From a candidate division WOR-3 bacterium (GTDB lineage Bacteria; Hydrothermota; Tepidihabitantia; Tepidihabitantales; Tepidihabitantaceae): DNA of 59,466 nucleotides. Location: assembly GCA_026397595.1 (NCBI GenBank), contig JAPLUO010000197.1, positions 1 to 59,466 of the forward strand, read 5' to 3'. Position 1 is the stretch's first letter. Each line of letters starts with the position of its first letter. Below the pieces are notes generated by a model. That model was given only the letters and a program-made list of their open reading frames with translations. It was not told the origin of the DNA and did not search any database. Positions 34,882 through 41,973 of the stretch are shown piece by piece. The position numbers and the translations under genes are program-made.

Positions 34882-36237
34882 TTACAGCATCGGAATCTTG
34901 ACGCCCTGGGTGCGGGCGACTTCGATGGCGTCGTCGTACCCGGCGTCGGCGTGGCGGGCGATTCCGGTGCCGGGGTCGTTCAAGAGCACACGCTTCAGCC
35001 TTTCGTCCATCTCAGTCGTGCCGTCGCAGACAATGACCTGGCCCGCGTGGATAGAGTAACCGATGCCGACGCCGCCACCGTGGTGAATGGAAACCCATGA
35101 CGCGCCCGAGGCGACGTTGAGCATGGCGTTGAGCAGGGGCCAGTCGGCAATCGCGTCAGAGCCGTCTTTCATTGCTTCGGTTTCACGGTTGGGTGACGCG
35201 ACTGAGCCGGTGTCAAGGTGGTCGCGGCCGATGACTATCGGCGCGCTGATTCGCCCCTCGCGCACGGCGAGGTTGAAGGCCAACCCGGCTTTGTCGCGTT
35301 CGCCAAACCCGAGCCAGCAGATGCGGCTGGGCAGGCCCTGGAACGGTATCTCGGCGCCGGCCCTCTTTATCCAGTTGACAAGTGCGGTGTTGTTCGGGAA
35401 GAGGTCGCAGACAAGCCGGTCGGTCTCGGCGATGTCTTTCGGGTCGCCGGAGAGCGCGGCCCAGCGGAACGGCCCCTTGCCCTGGCAGAACAGCGGACGG
35501 ATGTAGGCGGGAACGAAACCGGGGTACTTCCAAGTGCCGATTGACGATTGGCGATTGGCGATTGGCGAGGTGGGGTTGCGGATTTCGGACTCGGGGAGGA
35601 AGCCGCCCTCGACTGCTTTGCCGCGCAGGTTGTTGCCGTAGTCGAACGTTACCGCGCCCATTGACTGGAGCGCAAGCATCAGGCGGACGTGTTCGGCCAT
35701 CGTGCGAAAAGACGCCTGCTTGTATGCGGCCGGGTCCTTACGGCGGAGTTCGAGCGCCTGCTCGAACGACATGCCGCTCGGCACGTAGCCGTTCAGTTCG
35801 TCATGGGCCGAGGTCTGGTCGGTGAGCAGGTCGGGCACGACTTTGCGCTCGACCAGGCGCTTAAGCAGGTCAACGATGTTGCCGCACCAGGCGAAACTGG
35901 CCGCCTGCTTATGGCTCTTCGCGTCGAGGGCCCGGTCAATAGCCTTATCAAGGTCAGGGATACTCTCGTCGAGGTAGCGGGGCTTCTTGCTGGCCAGGCG
36001 TCGGGCCACGCGGGCCGGGTCGACCTCTGCGCCGAGATAGGTCGCGCCGGCCATGGTCGCGGCCAGGGGCTGGGCGCCGCTCATGCCGCCGAGCCCGCCG
36101 GACACGACCAGCCGGCCCGCGAGGTCAGGAGTCCCGAAGTGCTTCCTGCCCGCGGCAACAAACGTCTCGTGCGTTCCCTGCAGGATACCCTGGGTGCCGA
36201 TGTATATCCACGAGCCCGCGGTCATCTGGCCGTACAT
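34882..36237 (-). CDS. hutU: urocanate hydratase, C-terminal 451 aa (gene interrupted by in-frame TAG at 36259-36261)
   Basis: [43 protein letters not shown] and [18 protein letters not shown] motifs. Confidence 0.9.
   Translation of the reverse strand: MYGQMTAGSWIYIGTQGILQGTHETFVAAGRKHFGTPDLAGRLVVSGGLGGMSGAQPLAATMAGATYLGAEVDPARVARRLASKKPRYLDESIPDLDKAIDRALDAKSHKQAASFAWCGNIVDLLKRLVERKVVPDLLTDQTSAHDELNGYVPSGMSFEQALELRRKDPAAYKQASFRTMAEHVRLMLALQSMGAVTFDYGNNLRGKAVEGGFLPESEIRNPTSPIANRQSSIGTWKYPGFVPAYIRPLFCQGKGPFRWAALSGDPKDIAETDRLVCDLFPNNTALVNWIKRAGAEIPFQGLPSRICWLGFGERDKAGLAFNLAVREGRISAPIVIGRDHLDTGSVASPNRETEAMKDGSDAIADWPLLNAMLNVASGASWVSIHHGGGVGIGYSIHAGQVIVCDGTTEMDERLKRVLLNDPGTGIARHADAGYDDAIEVARTQGVKIPML
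35537..35592. repeat. heptamer array (GCCGATT GACGATT GGCGATT GGCGATT ...) in frame inside hutU
   Basis: It encodes ...[16 protein letters not shown]..., an insert just before the conserved [13 protein letters not shown]. Confidence 0.8.
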
Positions 36238-36258
36238 TATGAGGCCGGCGGCTTCGAG

Positions 36259-36609
36259 CTAGTCGAAGTAGGGCTTGGTGGCCCAGTGCGGGACGAGGTT
36301 GGAGTTGGCAATCAGCACCCGCGGGGCATGGGGCCATGTGCGAAAGACCGCGACCGGCTTGCCCGACTGGACGAGCAGGGTCTCGTCGTTCTCCAGTTCC
36401 TTCAGCGTGCGGACGATGGCGTGGAAGCAGTCCCAGTTGCGGGCGGCGCGGCCGGTGCCGCCGTACACAATGAGCTGCTCGGGATTCTCGGCGACCTCGG
36501 GGTCGAGGTTGTTCATCAGCATCCGCAGGGCCGCTTCCTGGTGCCAGCCCTTGCACTTGAGGTGCGGGCCGCGCGGCGCCTTGACGGGTTGATATTGAGT
36601 CTGGTTCAT
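36259..36609 (-). CDS. hutU: urocanate hydratase, N-terminal 116 aa
   Basis: [28 protein letters not shown] and LLVQSGKPV...ANSNLVPHW motifs. It is in the same frame as 34882..36237, separated by TAG plus 7 codons. Confidence 0.9.
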   Translation of the reverse strand: MNQTQYQPVKAPRGPHLKCKGWHQEAALRMLMNNLDPEVAENPEQLIVYGGTGRAARNWDCFHAIVRTLKELENDETLLVQSGKPVAVFRTWPHAPRVLIANSNLVPHWATKPYFD

Positions 36610-36626
36610 GGCTGTTCTCCAAGGTC

Positions 36627-36655
36627 AGATTATCGGGCGACACGCTCGATGTCAA
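36627..36655 (-). promoter_or_regulatory. sigma70-like promoter (TTGACA-17-TAATCT) for hutU
   Basis: Followed by a 17-nt leader containing GGAG before ATG 36609. Confidence 0.5.
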
Positions 36656-36693
36656 TCCCGCCCGAATCCCGGAAACCGGAATACAACCGCCAC

Positions 36694-36784
36694 GTAGGAG
36701 AATAGTGAATGGAGAATTGTGAAACTCGAATCCGCCTTTCACTATTCTTAATTCACTATTTTCGCTGTGTCTTTGTGTCTTGGT
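36694..36784. repeat. intergenic palindromic heptamer array
   Basis: AATAGTG AATGGAG AATTGTG AAACTCG ... is followed by its near-complement CTTTCAC TATTCTT AATTCAC TATTTTC. The arms match at about 23 of 27 positions. Confidence 0.75.
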
Positions 36785-36823
36785 GATGAACTCCTATCCT
36801 GGTCCTCTGGTCAACCGGCGGGC

Positions 36824-36852
36824 TTGAATAGCGGAGGCCAAGCCGGTATTAT
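36824..36852 (+). promoter_or_regulatory. sigma70-like promoter (TTGAAT-17-TATTAT), leaderless relative to TTG 36859
   Basis: The -10 ends 6 nt before the start. Confidence 0.5.
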
Positions 36853-36858
36853 CAGGCG

Positions 36859-38619
36859 TTGATTCCAGTGCTGCTCCTGTGTCTGGCGGGCCAGCTTCAC
36901 ACCGGCGACACGCTTGAGGCGGTCAGGTTTGAAGGCATGCGCACGTTCAGCAGCCGAGCCCTGTCCCAACTGGTCACGGTGCGGGTCAGGCGGCCATCCA
37001 GCGAGAACCAACTCAACAACGATGCCGCGGCGCTGGAGTCGTTTTACCAAGACGAGGGATTTCACTCGGTTCGGGTCGAGAAGCAGATGACGCGGGGAAG
37101 GCGGCTGCCGGTTGTGACGTTCCACATTACCGAAGGGCCGCGCACGCGGGTGAGCGCGATTGCACTCACGGGCAACAGTACGGTCGGGACCGAGCAGTTG
37201 CTCAAGCAACTGACGGTGCGTCCGGGCCGCTTCTTTTCGCAGACCGCGCTTGACCAGAGCGTGGCGGCGCTGCGGACATACTACCTCAACTCCGGCTACC
37301 CGTTCGCGCAGGTACAAGATACGGTCACGCGCACCGACACCCTGGCCACGATTTCATTCAGTATCACCGAGGGCAGGCTGTGCCACGTGAGCGAGGTGCG
37401 GGTACGCGGTAACCGGACCGTCCGCACCAGAACCGTGCTGCGGGCCTCGGAAATCCGGCCGGGCGAGCAGTTCTCTCAGAAGCGGATGCAGGAGGCGCAA
37501 CGCCGGCTGTACGCGACCAAGCTGTTCTACCGGGTGATGTTCTTCGTCATAGCGGATAGCGGGCAGGAAACCAGGACCCGGGACCAGGGAGGACCGGACA
37601 GCGTGGCGGTCCGGTTCGACGTAGTCGAACAGGCGTACCGGGGCGTGTCCCTGGGCGCCGGGGTCGAGATTCCGCCCCGGCTGTTGGTATCGGCGGAGTG
37701 GGAGCACGACAACCTGTTCAACCGCGGCCACACGCTGGTCGTCGGCGGTGAGTTCAGCCCGACGCTTCCTTGGAGCTACCGGGTCGGGTTTGACGGTACA
37801 TACCGGGTGCCGTATCTGATTCTGACCAGGATTGACTTCCAGACTCATCCCTACTTCTCGTATGAGCGCCTGAACGACTTGATACGGCAGCGGGAGTATG
37901 GCATTGAAACCGGCATGACCCGGAGCCTTGTTCCCCAGTTCACAGTCGGCCTGACCAACCGTCTCCTGCTGCATTCCGACACTTTGTCCGGCATCACCAA
38001 TTCACTGGCGCTGAGCGGCCAGTATGATACGCGCGACGACATCTTTGACCCGGCTCAGGGCTTGTCTGTCCATGTGGTAGTCGAAGGCGCGGGCGGGCCA
38101 CTGTGGGGTGACAACGACTTCTACCGGCTGACCGGGGACGTGCGCTGGTATCAGCGGTTGGGGATAAGAGTTAGGGGTCAGGGTGCAGGGAGCGGGGATT
38201 TCGTGCTGGCAATGCGCGGCATGGCCGGGAGCGTCCGGCCCTACGGGCGCACCGTGGCAGTGCCGTACTACGAGGCGTTTACGCTCGGAGGCAGGAGTAC
38301 TCTGCGAGGGTATCCGGACCGGTCCATCGGGCCGGGCAGTTCGCCCGGGGACGAATACCGCTACGGTACGGCAGTGGTCAACGGCAACGTCGAGTTGCGC
38401 ACGCCTTACATACTGCGCTGGGTCGGGTTGGTCGGCTTCTTCGATGTCGGCGACGTGGGGTACGACTTCCGGATGCGAGTCTATGAATACGGCGCCGGGG
38501 CAGGCATACGGGTGCGGACCCCAATCGGGCCGGTCAGGCTGGACTGGGGTAAACGCCTGCGGAACCCGCCATCCGGGGACAAGGGCCGTTTCTACCTGGG
38601 GCTGCTCCATGCTTTCTAG
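36859..38619 (+). CDS. tamA: Omp85-family outer-membrane protein (TamA-like; BamA-like not excluded)
   Basis: 586 aa with a POTRA-like N-region and GGRSTLRGY. The barrel ends in ...YLGLLHAF. It lies immediately upstream of tamB, and its size fits the 3-POTRA TamA. Confidence 0.75.
   Translation: MIPVLLLCLAGQLHTGDTLEAVRFEGMRTFSSRALSQLVTVRVRRPSSENQLNNDAAALESFYQDEGFHSVRVEKQMTRGRRLPVVTFHITEGPRTRVSAIALTGNSTVGTEQLLKQLTVRPGRFFSQTALDQSVAALRTYYLNSGYPFAQVQDTVTRTDTLATISFSITEGRLCHVSEVRVRGNRTVRTRTVLRASEIRPGEQFSQKRMQEAQRRLYATKLFYRVMFFVIADSGQETRTRDQGGPDSVAVRFDVVEQAYRGVSLGAGVEIPPRLLVSAEWEHDNLFNRGHTLVVGGEFSPTLPWSYRVGFDGTYRVPYLILTRIDFQTHPYFSYERLNDLIRQREYGIETGMTRSLVPQFTVGLTNRLLLHSDTLSGITNSLALSGQYDTRDDIFDPAQGLSVHVVVEGAGGPLWGDNDFYRLTGDVRWYQRLGIRVRGQGAGSGDFVLAMRGMAGSVRPYGRTVAVPYYEAFTLGGRSTLRGYPDRSIGPGSSPGDEYRYGTAVVNGNVELRTPYILRWVGLVGFFDVGDVGYDFRMRVYEYGAGAGIRVRTPIGPVRLDWGKRLRNPPSGDKGRFYLGLLHAF
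38162..38198. repeat. short heptamer array in frame inside tamA
   Basis: ATAAGAG TTAGGGG TCAGGGT GCAGGGA GCGGGGA, encoding GIRVRGQGAGSGD. Confidence 0.6.
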
Positions 38620-40894
38620 CATTCGGCGGGTTCTGCTCGGAATCGCGATTGCGCTGGTCGCGCTGATTCAGGTCGTACTGGTACTGGCAGCACTGATACT
38701 GCTGGTGCCGTCGGTCGGCAGGTACGCGCTCAGCCAGGCGCTGACGCGGTTCGGGCCGCGGGTGGGGTTCGAGGTGAGCTTCGGACGGATTGAGGGAACC
38801 ATCACGCGGAGCATTACCCTTGCCGACCTGACGTTGAAGCTCGGGCCGGATTCCCTCAAGGTGAGGAAGCTGACGCTGACATACGATCCGTGGACATCAA
38901 TCACGCATCGGACCTTCTCTGCCTCGTTGGCAAGTGCGGTCGAACCGAGGTTCTTCATCAGCTCGGTGCGTCCCGTTTCAGGCCGAGGCGGGACCGGCCG
39001 AAGTCAGTATCCGCCGATTCGGATTGGGCAACTCCGTCTGTCCGGCGGGAGCGCGTTCATCGATACGGCGATGCGCCTCGATTCGGTTGACCTCATTCTG
39101 AATCTCGTCTCAACGCCGGAGCAGATGCAGGTGCAGTTGTCGGAAGTGAAGGCCCGCATGTACCAGGAACACATCTCGCTAGAGAACCTGAGCGGTGGGG
39201 CACGACTTACCCGGGACTCGCTGGTAATAACCGAACTTGTGGCGATGACCAAGAGCTCTTCGTTGCGCGCCGGGTTGAAGATGGCATTCCAGCCGAATAC
39301 TATCGTTGCCCAGCTTGAGAGCCTTTCCATTAGCCTGCAGGAGTTGGCCTCAGTAGCCCCTGTCGGACAGCGCACGCCGGTTCCGGGCCGACTGAGACTG
39401 AAGGGCACCGCGAAGCTGGAGAAGAACCAGGGCTCGGGAAACCTGCAGTTTGCGGCGGAAGGTCTCGCATGGCGTACCATCGAACTGCCGACAATCAGCG
39501 GCGAGCTGGTGCTGCAAGACTCGGTGGTACAAGTGACTATGGCCGGCGCAGATTCGGGACTGGGCAGCGCGGATGTGACCGGCAGGCTGGACCTGCGCAA
39601 GCTCGACTTCTCAGGCTCGGCGCAGTTGGTCGGCATCCGCGTGCGGCGACTCAGTTCGGGGTTGCCGGACGTGATGGTTGACGCCGACATCGAGGCCTCG
39701 GGCCGTGGGCTCGACTCGATTGCGGCGACCGTCAATGCGCGAATACCCGCCCTTGAAATCAACACGCTGAAGGTGGTCGGTTCCTACCGCCAGGCTGGCG
39801 GGCGGGTTGCGATTGAACAGCTTGAGCTGAGCGGGCCGGTCGGTGTCGTCTCCGGCCATGGCACCTGGCAGGGCAGCAGGTTCCAGGCTGAGGTACGGAT
39901 GGACACTTTCGACCTGGGGCTGCTTGCGAAGCTCGAATCGTTGCCGGTGCAAGGACGGGTTTCCGGCAACCTGAGCCTGGCCGGGACCGCGGAGACGCTG
40001 GATGTTGTGTCTGAACTGTCAGTCACCGACCTGAGCGTTGCCGGCGTCAATGCAGCGACAGCGCATGTTGGTCTTGCGGCCGCGATGGGGCGGGAGCTGT
40101 CCGGACAGGTGCGGGTCGGGGTTGCCAGGGCAAGCTACGGCGGATTCACGGTTGATTCCGTGCAGTTGACCTGGCAGGAGCAGCAGTTCGGGCTCGGGGT
40201 CTGGCAGCCCGGGGTCCAGGTCTCAGCCGAGGGCGCAGCCCGGCTGGCGCGAGACAGCGTTGTCATTGACTTCGCCACGCTCCGAATTGGTGCCAAGCCC
40301 GAAACGCTGACCATGCACGACGCGCTTCACCTCCGGCTGCGACAAAACTCACTCGACGTCCAACTCGCCGCACCGGATATCGCCGGCGGCGACGTGCGGG
40401 CGACGCTGGCCAGCGCGGCCGGGAAACCGGCCCGCCTCGACGTGGCCGTGAGTCGGCTGGACCTTGCCAGAGTCAAGGCACTGCTGGGCCTCGGGTTTGA
40501 TATGTCCGGCACAGTCAGTCTTGGCGTAACCGGCAGCGACACGTTCCTTCTGACCCTGGATGCCGACCGGCTGAGCATACCGTCTGCGGACGTCAATCTG
40601 AGCCGGGTCCAGGGCGCGGTCAGTGTCACCCGGACGCGCGCGGCCATTGATCATCTCTGGTTGGTGCACATGGACAGCAGCGCGGTGCCGGAGACAAGCG
40701 TGGTCGCCGGTTCAGTCGAATACCAGACCGAGGCCGGCTTCAAACTGGGTGCCGCTGACTTACGGGTGAGGCTGCGCAATCCCGGAGTCTGGGTGGTGGC
40801 TTTCCTGAAGCCGATCATGGAGTTGCGGCAGGGCACCATCTTCGGAGACCTGGCGCTGAAGGGTGGTCTGACTCGGCCGGTGTTCACCGGGTGA
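38609..40894 (+). CDS. tamB: TamB-like translocation/assembly module protein, N-terminal part
   Basis: ATG 38609 overlaps the tamA end. It has an N-terminal TM anchor (VLLGIAIALVALIQVVLVLAALILLV) and a long repetitive beta-rich region. Confidence 0.7.
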   Translation: MLSSIRRVLLGIAIALVALIQVVLVLAALILLVPSVGRYALSQALTRFGPRVGFEVSFGRIEGTITRSITLADLTLKLGPDSLKVRKLTLTYDPWTSITHRTFSASLASAVEPRFFISSVRPVSGRGGTGRSQYPPIRIGQLRLSGGSAFIDTAMRLDSVDLILNLVSTPEQMQVQLSEVKARMYQEHISLENLSGGARLTRDSLVITELVAMTKSSSLRAGLKMAFQPNTIVAQLESLSISLQELASVAPVGQRTPVPGRLRLKGTAKLEKNQGSGNLQFAAEGLAWRTIELPTISGELVLQDSVVQVTMAGADSGLGSADVTGRLDLRKLDFSGSAQLVGIRVRRLSSGLPDVMVDADIEASGRGLDSIAATVNARIPALEINTLKVVGSYRQAGGRVAIEQLELSGPVGVVSGHGTWQGSRFQAEVRMDTFDLGLLAKLESLPVQGRVSGNLSLAGTAETLDVVSELSVTDLSVAGVNAATAHVGLAAAMGRELSGQVRVGVARASYGGFTVDSVQLTWQEQQFGLGVWQPGVQVSAEGAARLARDSVVIDFATLRIGAKPETLTMHDALHLRLRQNSLDVQLAAPDIAGGDVRATLASAAGKPARLDVAVSRLDLARVKALLGLGFDMSGTVSLGVTGSDTFLLTLDADRLSIPSADVNLSRVQGAVSVTRTRAAIDHLWLVHMDSSAVPETSVVAGSVEYQTEAGFKLGAADLRVRLRNPGVWVVAFLKPIMELRQGTIFGDLALKGGLTRPVFTG

Positions 40895-41970
40895 ACGCCG
40901 AACTGGTATTCGACCGCAGCCGTATCAGTATTGAGAAGCTGACCGGCAGGTCTGACCACGGGAACACGCTGGTCACGGGTTTCGTCGACATCGGCGAGAA
41001 GTGGCAGGTTGACTCGCTCCGGTTCCACGGCGATTTCAGCGGTACCACAATCAACCCACAGCCGGAAATCTATGGCATAATCGGGGGCAGCCTTGACCTT
41101 GACTGGGCCATGGGCCGGCCGTACTCGATTTCCGGAACGGTTGACATCGAGGAAGCGCTGGTGGCATTCGCGTTCGGTCAGTCGGCCGGCGTCGCCCGGG
41201 GGCCCGATACCACATTCGTCTTCGATGTCCGGGTGAGGGCCGAGCGCGACATCTGGCTGCGCAGCCAGCGAGCGGGCATCGATTTCGGCGGGGCGGACAT
41301 TGAGTTCGGCGGGGACATGACCATCCGCAAGACCATGACCGACATGCTCTACACCGGCGAACTGGTCTCGCGGCAGGGCACGGTCTACTACCTCGACCAG
41401 GCCCTGCGTGTTACCAGCGGTTCGGTGAAGTTCGAGAACATCAGCACCGTGAACCCGGACCTTGATATCATCGCCGAGTTGCCAATCCGGGCGGGTCCGG
41501 GTGATACGAAGGTGCCGGACAAGATCGTCCTGACCCTGACCGGCACCCTGGAGAAGCCGGCTTTCGGGTTCACGTCCGAGCCGCCCATCTGGGACGAGAC
41601 GGCGATTGCCTCGTACCTCAGTCTGAACGTGACCCCGGGCCAGCTTGACCAGCAAGGCGCGGTCACCAAGCTGCTGTCCCAACGCCTGCTCAACTACTTT
41701 CAGTTGCAGGTTTCCAAGCGTGCGCGCGGGTTCGTCAGTCTCGACTACCTCGAGTTTGAGAGCGGGCTGCTCGGGGACCGGGAGACCAAGGTCACGGTAG
41801 GCAAGTACGTGGGCAGGAACCTGTACGTGACGTACACGCAGAACTTCACCGGCGACCTCAACCCGGCATTCCGGGTCGAATACTACGTTAACCGTAAGAA
41901 CGAAATCCTCGCCGAGGGCTCGGCCAGCGGCCCGTTCTCGCTTCGATACCAGTTCAAACTCCGGTACTGA
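40891..41970 (+). CDS. tamB: TamB-like protein, C-terminal part (DUF490-type end)
   Basis: GTGA overlap with the previous ORF. The end ...VTVGKYVGRNLYVTYTQNF...FSLRYQFKLRY is typical of TamB C-termini. Confidence 0.7.
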   Translation: MNAELVFDRSRISIEKLTGRSDHGNTLVTGFVDIGEKWQVDSLRFHGDFSGTTINPQPEIYGIIGGSLDLDWAMGRPYSISGTVDIEEALVAFAFGQSAGVARGPDTTFVFDVRVRAERDIWLRSQRAGIDFGGADIEFGGDMTIRKTMTDMLYTGELVSRQGTVYYLDQALRVTSGSVKFENISTVNPDLDIIAELPIRAGPGDTKVPDKIVLTLTGTLEKPAFGFTSEPPIWDETAIASYLSLNVTPGQLDQQGAVTKLLSQRLLNYFQLQVSKRARGFVSLDYLEFESGLLGDRETKVTVGKYVGRNLYVTYTQNFTGDLNPAFRVEYYVNRKNEILAEGSASGPFSLRYQFKLRY

Positions 41971-41973
41971 CGC

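Noticed and set aside
36259-36261. TAG reassignment (alternative genetic code or pyrrolysine) as the explanation for the hutU stop
   Set aside because: TAG terminates several well-delimited genes in the same window (polA, the TPR gene, tamA, priA, the ICMT-like gene). There is no pyl machinery here. A single GAG to TAG substitution is the simpler explanation.
38183-38608. ORF-track start of the tamB ORF inside tamA; likewise the fusA extension 47954..48244 and the methyltransferase ORF start at 47282
   Set aside because: The extensions lie inside or antisense to well-supported genes. Their composition is typical of high-GC off-frame translation. Conserved N-termini or promoter geometry indicate the later starts.
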